From assembly GCA_017549925.1 (NCBI GenBank), contig JAFYNA010000054.1, positions 1-47,335 of the forward strand: DNA of 47,335 nucleotides. Reading direction: 5' to 3'. The stretch comes from Clostridia bacterium (GTDB lineage: Bacteria > Bacillota > Clostridia > Oscillospirales > CAG-382). Under the pieces are notes generated by a model. That model saw only the letters and a list, made by a program, of their open reading frames with translations, had not been told where the DNA came from and searched no databases. Every line of letters starts with the position of its first letter. Within the stretch, counting starts at the first letter, position 1. This document shows positions 8,641 through 16,919 of this stretch, piece by piece. The translations under genes and the position numbers were made by a program.

Positions 8641-9201
8641 ATGTTTGTAATCTTATCCGGTTGCGCCGCTGTGGGCAAGAATACCGTGATCAATACCCTT
8701 TTGGGAGAGGAAAATTCCTCCTTTGGCTTTATGCCGACCTACACCACCCGCTCCCCCAGACCCGGCGAGGTGGAGGGCTTTCCCTATCATTTTCTGACGG
8801 AAGAGGAATTCCGCAAAAAGATTGAGGAAGGGGAGCTTTTTGAGCACGAATTCATCCACACCAGCTTCTACGGCAGCTCCCGCAAATTGTTGGCGGAAGC
8901 CCTGGCTACGGGTAAGACCATTATCAAGGATATCGACGTCAAGGGTGCTGTAAATCTGGGCAAGATCTTAAAGGACGAGGTCAAGGTCGTTACTGTTTTC
9001 TTGTACATCGGCAAGGAGGAATTGGAACGCCGTCTTGTTGGCAGAGGCGATTCTCCCGAGCAGATCCGTATTCGGATGTCCCGCTACGAGGAGGAGATGT
9101 CTTACTTTGATTCCTTCGACTATAAGATCGAGAACGTTCGCTTGGAGGATACGGTTTCGTTGGTTAAGAAGATCGTAGAAAAGGAATCCTCCCTTGCTTG
9201 A
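8641..9201 (+). CDS. Guanylate kinase-like P-loop nucleoside-monophosphate kinase
   Basis: P-loop SGCAAVGKNT, plus TTRSPRPGEVEGFPYHFL and FYGSS, match the Gmk family. AAGGAG RBS ~10 nt before ATG 8641; the ORF-track start at 8545 overlaps the upstream gene. Confidence 0.8.
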   Translation: MFVILSGCAAVGKNTVINTLLGEENSSFGFMPTYTTRSPRPGEVEGFPYHFLTEEEFRKKIEEGELFEHEFIHTSFYGSSRKLLAEALATGKTIIKDIDVKGAVNLGKILKDEVKVVTVFLYIGKEELERRLVGRGDSPEQIRIRMSRYEEEMSYFDSFDYKIENVRLEDTVSLVKKIVEKESSLA

Positions 9202-9245
9202 CAGTTTGTTACCTTTGAGATCATTGAAAAAGGAGGCGTTGGCTT

Positions 9246-9818
9246 TTGAAAACAGAATTGATTTTTGACGAAATGTCCGAAACCATCATTGCCACCGCGG
9301 CGAAGCTTGCATCGGAATCCGGCACAGAAACCATCAACGTCCGCCGTATTTTGCAGGAGCTTGGTATCACCAACCGCGTGTTTTATAACCGTTTCCACAA
9401 CATTAACGAGGTTTTGCAGATCGTTTACGAGCGTTTGGCTCTTCAGATCCGCAAGAGCCTTGCGGCTGGCTTTGACTCGGAGAGAGAGTTCTTTTCCGGG
9501 GTCATCGATATCGTTACCAACACCCTGATCATGTCCTACGAGCTGAAGATGAAGATGAACGTATACGTCTTCAACAGCGATTCCACGGGAGTGGATAACT
9601 ACCTTTGGTGGAAGAACGAGATCGTCAAGCTCATCGAGCTGGGCAAGTCCAAGGGATGCCTGCGGAAGGATCTGGACAGCGAGGTCATGAGCTACGCGGT
9701 ATGGTGCTTCATCCGCGGCTATAACGCCGATGCGGTGGGCAGAGAATTGCCGCCTGAAACGGCTGTCAAAAACTTCAAATACGCCTTCGGTGTCTTGCTG
9801 GAAGGCATGAAGGCATAA
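9246..9818 (+). CDS. TetR/AcrR family transcriptional regulator
   Basis: N-terminal HTH ...TINVRRILQELGITNRVFYNRFHNINEV... TTG start 9 nt after AAGGAGG. Confidence 0.8.
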   Translation: MKTELIFDEMSETIIATAAKLASESGTETINVRRILQELGITNRVFYNRFHNINEVLQIVYERLALQIRKSLAAGFDSEREFFSGVIDIVTNTLIMSYELKMKMNVYVFNSDSTGVDNYLWWKNEIVKLIELGKSKGCLRKDLDSEVMSYAVWCFIRGYNADAVGRELPPETAVKNFKYAFGVLLEGMKA

Positions 9819-9824
9819 CGATGT

Positions 9825-9882
9825 AAAAAAATCTTGCGTATCCTCTTTATGTGAAAAGGAAACGCAAGATTTTTGTTTTTTT
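9825..9882. terminator. Hairpin terminator between the TetR gene (+) and the convergent gene at 9941 (-)
   Basis: ATCTTGCGT (9831-9839) pairs with ACGCAAGAT (9862-9870), with further pairing inside the loop. An A-run lies upstream and TTTTTGTTTTTTT downstream. Confidence 0.6.
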
Positions 9883-9899
9883 CATTAGCGCATTTTTCG

Positions 9900-9928
9900 T
9901 TGACAAATCCTCGGGAAAGTATTACAAT
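9900..9928 (+). promoter_or_regulatory. Near-consensus sigma-A promoter with no ordinary gene directly downstream (points antisense into the 9941-11002 gene)
   Basis: TTGACA (9900-9905), 17 nt, TACAAT (9923-9928), in the intergenic space 13 nt before the stop codon of the minus-strand gene. Confidence 0.45.
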
Positions 9929-9940
9929 ACCAATGAAGCG

Positions 9941-11002
9941 TTATTCTTCCGGTTCGGGCATCAACCGCGCAAACGCCGTCTCCAACAACGGGAGCGGGTC
10001 GAAGAAGGTCTGCAAGGCGGGGATCATACCCGTTTCCTCGGGGATATAAAGGGTCAAAGCCAGCAGTCCGTCGGTGCATCCGCTACGGCTGACGCCAAAG
10101 GTCCATCCCATCTTCTCCGCAATCATCTGGATCAACAGCAGATCAAAGCAGGCATCTCGGTAGTCGGAGTCCAAAAGCTTGCCGCCGAAGTAGCAGGAGA
10201 GAAATTCCTCCAGCACCTCCTTCTCCATGGCAGGCTCAAACAGAACGTGGAAGGCAAACTCCCCATCCAAAACGCGGGTCTCAGCACGAATACGCCCGTC
10301 GGCGGAATTTTCTGCCGCAACGGAAAGCATGGCAGAGACGGCAAAACGGATCATTCCGGGATTGCCCCTTGCCACTACGGTTCCCTCCGTCTCCGTGATG
10401 GAAAGGCGGACCCCGTTGGGGCGCAGAAACCGTACGGCGCAATCCAGTATGGGGTGAACACATCCCGAAAGCTCTACGGCGGAATCACGGCTCAACCTGC
10501 CTGCGGTTACGGAAAAATATGCCGCCATGGCGTTCTGATAGCGAAGCACCCGATTGTGTCGCCGCCGTATTTCCGTAAGCTCTGCAGGAGAACAGCTCGG
10601 CTCACAAGGGATTTCCGTCTGCCGATCAATGTTTTCCGCGAAGAACGAGGGAAGCTTCAACGCCAGATCGGAGACGTATTTAGCCATATACGCAGTAATG
10701 GTACGGATGGCAACGCAATATCCCGTCTTAAAGCGACGAATCACCGCACCGTAGCAGTTTTCTTCCGTAAGGTCAAAAAACAGCTCTTCTCCCACTGCCA
10801 TCCTCGCGATCCTCTCCGCCGCCTTCTTGGTGACGTAAACGTCGATCCTTGCACGGATCCTCATATGAAAGCTTCTCAGGCGGGAGGCCTTGTTGCGGTA
10901 AACAATAAACCGCCGATCATCCAAAAGAAACGCGGGGTAAGGGAGTCTGTCTGCCTGCTCTTCCGTGAGAAGAGCCTCGTAAGGCGACGCAACCGTCATC
11001 AC
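9941..11002 (-). CDS. Hypothetical cytoplasmic protein with a degenerate histidine-kinase/GHKL-ATPase-like C-terminal region
   Basis: Balanced amino-acid composition and a GAGGTG RBS 7-10 nt before GTG/ATG. The C-terminal third (GNPGMIRFAVSAMLSVAAENS ... GLLALTLYIPEE) resembles N-box and end-of-HATPase motifs, but G1/G2 boxes are not evident. No TM segment. Confidence 0.6.
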   Translation of the reverse strand: MMTVASPYEALLTEEQADRLPYPAFLLDDRRFIVYRNKASRLRSFHMRIRARIDVYVTKKAAERIARMAVGEELFFDLTEENCYGAVIRRFKTGYCVAIRTITAYMAKYVSDLALKLPSFFAENIDRQTEIPCEPSCSPAELTEIRRRHNRVLRYQNAMAAYFSVTAGRLSRDSAVELSGCVHPILDCAVRFLRPNGVRLSITETEGTVVARGNPGMIRFAVSAMLSVAAENSADGRIRAETRVLDGEFAFHVLFEPAMEKEVLEEFLSCYFGGKLLDSDYRDACFDLLLIQMIAEKMGWTFGVSRSGCTDGLLALTLYIPEETGMIPALQTFFDPLPLLETAFARLMPEPEE

Positions 11003-11054
11003 AAAAAAACACCTCGCATCAAAATATATTTATTCAAGAAAAGGAAAGTAATCT

Positions 11055-11837
11055 ATGGCACATTTAACGGTCGAATTTTTTTCCAACGTGTTGGGGAAGT
11101 GTACCACTATGGAGGTCATTTTGCCCCAGACCACTACTACGCAGATCGGTATGCAGGGAGTAGATGCCTCTGACACCTATCCCGTTTTGTACCTCCTGCA
11201 CGGAATGTCCGACGATCATTCCATCTGGCTTCGCCGTACCTCCATCGAGCGGTACGTTTCCCAAATGGGAATTGCGGTGGTAATGCCCAATGCAGACCTC
11301 AGCTTTTACACCGATATGAAGGTGGGCGGCCGCTATTGGACCTTCTTCTCCCAAGAGCTTCCTCAGATCTGCCGCGGCTTCTTCCCACGGATCTCTCCCC
11401 GTCGTGAGGATACCTTCGCCGCAGGACTTTCCATGGGCGGATACGGCGCATGGAAGTTGGGTCTGGGCTGTCCCGAGCGTTTTGCCGCCGTGGCATCTCT
11501 GTCCGGCTGTCTGGATATCGTAGCCACCGTCAAGCGCAACCAGGTAGGCAATCCCGCTTACTGGAACAGTCTCTTCGGCTCCGTGGAGGAGCTGCAGGGA
11601 AGTGATAACGACCTCTTGGCACTGGCACAAAAGGTTGCCGCATCCTCCTGCCGCCCCGCACTGTATGCTTGTTGCGGTACCGAGGATTTCCTGTACAAGG
11701 AAAATCAAAATGCCATCGCCCACGTGCGTTCCTTGGGGCTGGAGCTTACCTATGAGGAAGGCCCCGGCGCACACACCTGGGAATTCTGGGATGAATACAT
11801 CCGCCGCGTGCTGGAATGGCTTCCCATCAAACGATAA
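11055..11837 (+). CDS. Esterase family alpha/beta hydrolase (esterase D / tributyrin esterase type)
   Basis: YPVLYLLHGMSDDH, nucleophile elbow GLSMGGYGA, and C-terminal GPGAHTWEFW. Confidence 0.85.
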   Translation: MAHLTVEFFSNVLGKCTTMEVILPQTTTTQIGMQGVDASDTYPVLYLLHGMSDDHSIWLRRTSIERYVSQMGIAVVMPNADLSFYTDMKVGGRYWTFFSQELPQICRGFFPRISPRREDTFAAGLSMGGYGAWKLGLGCPERFAAVASLSGCLDIVATVKRNQVGNPAYWNSLFGSVEELQGSDNDLLALAQKVAASSCRPALYACCGTEDFLYKENQNAIAHVRSLGLELTYEEGPGAHTWEFWDEYIRRVLEWLPIKR

Positions 11838-11904
11838 TTATACCACGCTGTTTCGCTAAAATCAAGCAAAAACTTTACAAGATCCGAAGGAGGCGCCCAC
11901 TTTT

Positions 11905-12636
11905 ATGAAAATTCTTTCCATCGGCAACAGCTTTTCCCAGGATGCCCATAAATATTTGCCCCGCCTCGCCATGGAAAACGGCGTCCCCATGGAGCTGTAT
12001 AATCTGTACATTGCGGGCTGCAGCTTGGAAAAGCATTGGGAAAACGCCGTGTGGAACAAACGCAACTACCTGTTGGAAAAGGACGGTGTTTCCACAGACC
12101 GCTACGTTTCCCTGCGGGAAGCCCTGGAGCTTGAGACCTGGGATGTGGTCACCTTTCAACAGTCAAGCCCATACAGCGGTATGCCTCAAACCTACGTGCC
12201 TTATCTGACCTCCTTGGCCAAGCTGGTGCGTTCCGCCCATCCTACGGCAGAGCTGTATTTCCACCAAACTTGGGCATACGAATGGGGCGCAGACCGTCCC
12301 GGCTTTGCCCATTATCAAAACGATCAGTGGGAAATGTACCGCCGCATCTCAGATGCCTCCTTGATGGCCTCAAAGCTGTTGGATGCGCATTTGATCCCCG
12401 TGGGGAGCGTGATCCAACGCCTCCGCGAGACGGTTCCCGCCTTCGATTTCCAAAACGGCGGTATGTCTCTTTGCAGAGACGGCTTCCATCTGTCCTTGGA
12501 TTACGGCAGATTTACCGCCGCCGCAGTGTGGTTCCGCGTGCTGTGCGGCAGACTTCCCCAAGCCCAAAGCATGGAGCATTTGGGCCCCACCTTGCTTGCC
12601 CGGATCCTGCAATGCACAGAGGAATTCTTTGCATAA
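11905..12636 (+). CDS. DUF4886 domain protein (SGNH/GDSL-like hydrolase fold)
   Basis: The N-terminus MKILSIGNSFSQDAHKYL and overall pattern match DUF4886 as recalled. GAAGGAGG RBS. Confidence 0.75.
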   Translation: MKILSIGNSFSQDAHKYLPRLAMENGVPMELYNLYIAGCSLEKHWENAVWNKRNYLLEKDGVSTDRYVSLREALELETWDVVTFQQSSPYSGMPQTYVPYLTSLAKLVRSAHPTAELYFHQTWAYEWGADRPGFAHYQNDQWEMYRRISDASLMASKLLDAHLIPVGSVIQRLRETVPAFDFQNGGMSLCRDGFHLSLDYGRFTAAAVWFRVLCGRLPQAQSMEHLGPTLLARILQCTEEFFA

Positions 12637-12660
12637 ACCGAAAATTTAACAACACCGCTC

Positions 12661-12688
12661 AAAACGCCCTGTTTACGGGGCGTTTTTT
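12661..12688 (+). terminator. Intrinsic terminator after the DUF4886 gene
   Basis: AAAACGCCCTG, TTTA, CGGGGCGTTTT (one G-U pair), followed by TTTTTT. Confidence 0.7.
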
Positions 12689-12716
12689 GAATAACCCCGC
12701 CCAAACTGCATATATT
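12687..12716 (+). promoter_or_regulatory. Candidate sigma-A promoter for asnB
   Basis: TTGAAT (12687-12692), 18 nt, TATATT (12711-12716). This would give an ~85-nt leader containing two small hairpins. Confidence 0.4.
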
Positions 12717-12807
12717 GAATACATAAAAAAGAAGTGGGCTTGCGACTTTGCCCACAGTACCCTTTAGACCGCCCGCTGTGCGGGTTACGAAAGGCATGAT
12801 GATAACT

Positions 12808-14622
12808 ATGTGTTCCATTTGCGGCATTTTCGGCAACGGCGACAAAAGCGCAATCAAGGAAATGAATACCTCCATGTGTCGGAGAGGGCCGGATCAAAAC
12901 GGCTATTTTCGGGCAGGCTCCCTGTGCGCAGGACATAACCGCCTTTCCGTCATCGACCCGGAGCATGGTCTCCAACCCATGACCGTTTTCCACCGTGAAA
13001 ATCAGTATACCATCGTCTACAACGGTGAGATCTACAACCGAAAAGAGCTGAACCGTGAGCTTGCCTTGGCAGGCATCTCCGTAGCCACCCAATCCGATAC
13101 CGAAACCGTCTTGTGGTCCTATGTGCTATGGGGAAAGCACTGTGCCGAAAAGCTCAACGGCATCTTCGCCTTCGCCGTCTACGATCAACGGGAGGATATC
13201 CTTTTCCTTTGCCGTGACCGTCTAGGTGTCAAGCCCCTCTATTATACCTTCGCAGAGGATACCTTCGTCTTTTCCTCGGAGCTGAAGGGCATCCTTGCCT
13301 ACCCGGGGGTGAAGCGGGAGCTGGATCAAAACGGCGTCTTCGAGTTGCTCTTCTTAGCCCCCGTCACCCTGCCCCAAAGCGGCACCTTCAAGGGGATCCG
13401 GAAGCTCCTGCCGGGAGAATACGCCTTTTTGAAAAACGGCACCCTGGAGAAGGCGGTGTATTGGAGCCTCGCTCCCAAGCCCTTTACCCAAACCCGAGAA
13501 GAGGCTATTGAGACCGTACGCTTTTTGGTCACCGATGCGGTGGAACGGCAAATGGTCAGCGACGTGCCCCTTTGCACCCTGCTGTCGGGCGGCTTGGATT
13601 CTTCTGTGATCTCCGCCTTGGCGGCAAACCATTGCAAGGGAAAAGGGGAGACTCTTTCCACCTATTCCTTTGAATACGCCTACAACCGCAAGAACTTCAA
13701 ATCCTCTCTCTTCCAGCCGGAAAGCGATGATGTCTACGCCTCTTGGCTGGCGGAAAAGCTGGGCACAAGGCACACCGTCCTCACCGCAGAAAGCAAGGAT
13801 GTGTTCAGCCTGCTGAAAACCGCTGTGGATGCCCGAGATCTGCCGGGACAGGCGGATATCGATTCCTCCCTTCTGCTGTATTGCGGCATGATCAAACAGC
13901 ACCACACCGTAGCCCTCTCCGGGGAATGCTCCGACGAGATCTTCGGTGGCTATCCCTGGTTCTACCGTCCGGAAATGCTGGAGCGCCCCTTCTTCCCGTG
14001 GTTGCACGATCCCTTCGCCAGAGCCTCTCTGTTCGATCCCGCCTTTGCTTCACCCGATGTTGGCTACCGCTCCCTTTCCGCTCATTACAAGGACTTTGTG
14101 GCCTCTGTAGAGCGCGGTGGGGAAGACGACGACGAAATGTACCGCTCTCGCATCGCCACACAGCTTTCCGTATGGTATTTCATGCAATCTCTGCTGGAAC
14201 GTAAGGACCGTATGTCCATGTATAACGCCGTTGAGGTGAGAGTCCCCTTTGCGGACCATCGGATTTTGGAGTATGTCTACAACGTACCGTGGAAATACAA
14301 ATTCGAAAACGGTGTAGAAAAATCCCTTCTGCGTTCCGCCATGGAGGGTGTCCTGCCGGATCGCATCCTCCACCGTAAAAAGAGTCCCTACCCCAAAACC
14401 CACGATCCCGCCTACGAGCTGTTGACCAAAACCGCCCTATTGGCCATCGTCAACGATCCGGGAAGCCGCCTCTACCACCTGCTGAACCGCAAGAAGCTGT
14501 TAAGCTTTATGAATGGCGAAGACACCACCTGGTTCGGACAGCTGATGGCCCGTCCTCAGCTTTACGCGTGGCTTTTACAGATGGAATATTGGCTGGAAAC
14601 CTACCGCGTTTCCTTCGTGTGA
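12808..14622 (+). CDS. asnB: Asparagine synthase (glutamine-hydrolysing)
   Basis: Starts MCSICGIFG (Cys2 Ntn nucleophile). SGGLDSS PP-loop. ~604 aa. The ORF-track start at 12748 is an upstream extension. Confidence 0.92.
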   Translation: MCSICGIFGNGDKSAIKEMNTSMCRRGPDQNGYFRAGSLCAGHNRLSVIDPEHGLQPMTVFHRENQYTIVYNGEIYNRKELNRELALAGISVATQSDTETVLWSYVLWGKHCAEKLNGIFAFAVYDQREDILFLCRDRLGVKPLYYTFAEDTFVFSSELKGILAYPGVKRELDQNGVFELLFLAPVTLPQSGTFKGIRKLLPGEYAFLKNGTLEKAVYWSLAPKPFTQTREEAIETVRFLVTDAVERQMVSDVPLCTLLSGGLDSSVISALAANHCKGKGETLSTYSFEYAYNRKNFKSSLFQPESDDVYASWLAEKLGTRHTVLTAESKDVFSLLKTAVDARDLPGQADIDSSLLLYCGMIKQHHTVALSGECSDEIFGGYPWFYRPEMLERPFFPWLHDPFARASLFDPAFASPDVGYRSLSAHYKDFVASVERGGEDDDEMYRSRIATQLSVWYFMQSLLERKDRMSMYNAVEVRVPFADHRILEYVYNVPWKYKFENGVEKSLLRSAMEGVLPDRILHRKKSPYPKTHDPAYELLTKTALLAIVNDPGSRLYHLLNRKKLLSFMNGEDTTWFGQLMARPQLYAWLLQMEYWLETYRVSFV

Positions 14623-14645
14623 TACAGATGTTTACATTTTAACTG

Positions 14646-14674
14646 TTGACAGAATGGAAAATCTGGTGTAAAAT
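14646..14674 (+). promoter_or_regulatory. sigma-A type promoter for the lipoprotein gene at 14700
   Basis: TTGACA (14646-14651), 17 nt, TAAAAT (14669-14674). AGGAGGG RBS before ATG 14700. Confidence 0.65.
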
Positions 14675-14699
14675 ATTGTCGAATAGGAGGGATCACAAT

Positions 14700-15998
14700 A
14701 TGCACCACCTCAAAAAAACTCTCAAAGTCATCATACCGCTTTTTTTGACGGTACTTCTTTTGGCGGCTTTTTCTGCTTGTGAGCAGGAGGAGATCTCCGC
14801 GGAAAGCTCCTCGTTCTCCGAAGCGGTTTCTTCTGTGACTCCTTCCGAGTCTTCCGTGGAGGAATCTGCGGAATCTTCTGTCGAGGACTCCTTCGAGGAG
14901 TCTGCCGAGACCCCTTCTGAGGAAACTTCCTCCGAGGAAGAGCCCGAGCCTCCCGCACCTCCCACCTACGAGCTGTTAAATCTTTCTGTGGAGGCTATCC
15001 CGCCCGCCGAGAATCTGTCCTTTGTTATGGTGAACAAGAACATTGATACCGCCTTGGATGCGTTTTTAAAGACTTACGAGGGCAGTTATCCCGCTGTTTC
15101 CGATGTGGTTTACACCGAGGATTCTCTGCAGGTCTGCGTGGTCTACGATGTCTTGGCGTTATACGGGGCTTTCCAGGCGAAATATCTGTGGTACACCTTT
15201 GACTGTACCAACGGCACTCTGACCTCTCCCACCAAGGAGCGTCCTACCGCCTACGAGTACGATAAGAATACCCACAATCAAAAGGGCTACTTCTGGGTTG
15301 ATTACGAGGAGGCCGCTTCCGGCGAGCCCTGCCCCTACGTGGTGCTGTATCACGAAAACGGTGTCAATACCACCCTCTGCTTTGAGGAGACCGCTTTGGA
15401 ATACGTGCGTGTGATTCGTCAGACCGATACCCACGTGGTGCTTTCCGTTTCCCGCAGGGGTGAGCGGTATTACCGTGTTTTGAACCGAGAGGGAAAGGTG
15501 ATCGCACAGCTGGAATGGATCTCCGACGTCAGCTCCATCACTCCCTTGATGTTTGACGAGAAGTATCTGTATTGCAAAAAGGATTCCGACGAGGATTTCG
15601 TGTACGATACCATCGGCGCCATCGATCTCAGCACCGGAAAATATCAAGATATCTTGGTGGTGGGCAATTCCGATTATTGGACGTATTTTGCCGATGGAAG
15701 CGGAATCGCTATCTACGATAACGAGTTCCAGCCCGATACCATCCTCTACTATGCTACCGCTACTCACAAGCTGCTGACCTATCCGGCAAAGCGCCGTGTG
15801 GAATCCTTGGATACCTTCTACGGCACCTTGTACGGTACGATCCATGGGGATGACGTTTACGTGTTCCTTTGGGATGCAGAGAGCAAAACCCTGTTCCAGT
15901 CTCAGGAGGGCTACCCGGATGGCTGCCGCTTGGCAGTGGGGAAGGGAAGCGTTGCCGTAATGCACGACGGCGTACTCTCCGTCTACGTGGAAAAATAA
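14700..15998 (+). CDS. Hypothetical lipoprotein with a Ser/Glu-rich linker
   Basis: Signal peptide plus lipobox (LLAAFSAC). Acidic S/E-rich linker. Beta-rich remainder with no family I recognise. Confidence 0.75.
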   Translation: MHHLKKTLKVIIPLFLTVLLLAAFSACEQEEISAESSSFSEAVSSVTPSESSVEESAESSVEDSFEESAETPSEETSSEEEPEPPAPPTYELLNLSVEAIPPAENLSFVMVNKNIDTALDAFLKTYEGSYPAVSDVVYTEDSLQVCVVYDVLALYGAFQAKYLWYTFDCTNGTLTSPTKERPTAYEYDKNTHNQKGYFWVDYEEAASGEPCPYVVLYHENGVNTTLCFEETALEYVRVIRQTDTHVVLSVSRRGERYYRVLNREGKVIAQLEWISDVSSITPLMFDEKYLYCKKDSDEDFVYDTIGAIDLSTGKYQDILVVGNSDYWTYFADGSGIAIYDNEFQPDTILYYATATHKLLTYPAKRRVESLDTFYGTLYGTIHGDDVYVFLWDAESKTLFQSQEGYPDGCRLAVGKGSVAVMHDGVLSVYVEK

Positions 15999-16005
15999 AA
16001 AAATG

Positions 16006-16039
16006 AAAGGCGTGTCCCGCAATAGGGACGCGCCTTTTT
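16006..16039. terminator. Bidirectional intrinsic terminator (lipoprotein gene / sigG)
   Basis: AAAGGCGTGTCCC, 6 nt, GGGACGCGCCTTT (13 bp, one G-U), flanked by an A-run and a T-run. Confidence 0.8.
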
Positions 16040-16048
16040 CACGTGACG

Positions 16049-16822
16049 TTACGTCATCTGCTTTCGCACCTTCAAAAGTGCATTTTTTTCCAAGCGAGAG
16101 ATCTGGGCCTGGGAGATTCCGATCTCCTCCGATACCTCCGTTTGGGTCTTGCCGTTGTAAAACCGCAAGGTTAAGATCCGCTTTTCCCTGGGAGTGAGAC
16201 TCTCCATGGCCGTGCCCACCGCAATATGATCCAGCCAGCTTTCGTCTGTATTCTCCGTATCTCCCACTTGATCCAACACGTAAACCGAGTCCCCGCCCTC
16301 AGAATAGACGGGCTCAAACAACGAGATGGGGTCAATGATGGCCTCCAGTGCGTTTCGCACCGCCTTGGGGGATTCCCCCAGCTCCTTTGCGATCTCCTCC
16401 GGAGAGGGCTCCCTTTGTTTTTCAAGGCTGAGCTTTTCCTTGGCCTTCATGGCTCGGTAAGCCAGATCCCGCACCGAACGGGGAATTCTGAGCATACTGT
16501 TGTCCCGCAGATAACGGCGGATCTCGCCCACCACCAAGGGAACCGCATAGGTGCTGAACTTCACCTCCTGGGTCAGATCAAAATGATCCACTGCCTTGAT
16601 CAAGCCGATACAGCCGATCTGGAACAGATCGTCGGGATTTTCTCCTCTGTTTTGAAAGGATTGGATCACGCTCAGCACCAGCTTCAGGTTGCCGGTGATC
16701 AGCTTCTCCCTGGCCGCCTTGTCGCCGCTTTGCGCCTTGGTCAGCAGGTCTCTTTTTTCCTCCTCCGTCAGTACGGTGAGCTTGGACGTGTTGATTCCGC
16801 AAATTTCTACTTTATGATACAT
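16049..16822 (-). CDS. sigG: RNA polymerase sporulation sigma factor SigG
   Basis: Near-colinear with B. subtilis SigG: KVEICG.DTSKL, REKL..GNL.LVLSVIQ.F.NRGE..DDLFQ.GCIGL.K.VD.FD, KFSTYAVP...GEIRRYLRDN, GISQAQ.SRLEK. Confidence 0.93.
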   Translation of the reverse strand: MYHKVEICGINTSKLTVLTEEEKRDLLTKAQSGDKAAREKLITGNLKLVLSVIQSFQNRGENPDDLFQIGCIGLIKAVDHFDLTQEVKFSTYAVPLVVGEIRRYLRDNSMLRIPRSVRDLAYRAMKAKEKLSLEKQREPSPEEIAKELGESPKAVRNALEAIIDPISLFEPVYSEGGDSVYVLDQVGDTENTDESWLDHIAVGTAMESLTPREKRILTLRFYNGKTQTEVSEEIGISQAQISRLEKNALLKVRKQMT

Positions 16823-16919
16823 AAAAGCCTCCGCTTTGGGATGATGACTTTAGTCTTCCCAAGAACGAGAGGCTTTCTGTGTACAGAGTGTGACTTGACT
16901 ATGAAATGTGAGGAAGTGC

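Noticed and set aside
9198-9226. TTGACA at the end of the guanylate-kinase-like gene as a promoter for the TetR gene
   Set aside because: The -35 is perfect, but no acceptable -10 lies at 16-18 nt (TCATTG / ATCATT). It was left uncalled.
9851-11173. 440-aa plus-strand ORF
   Set aside because: It is Arg/Lys/Gly-rich, runs through a terminator and promoter region, overlaps the start of the esterase gene, and is the codon-aligned antisense of the better-looking minus-strand ORF 9941-11002.
16044-16056. Perfect palindrome TGACGT-T-ACGTCA (CRE-like)
   Set aside because: It lies across the last codons and stop of sigG and next to the terminator. There is no promoter context, so it is most likely coincidental.
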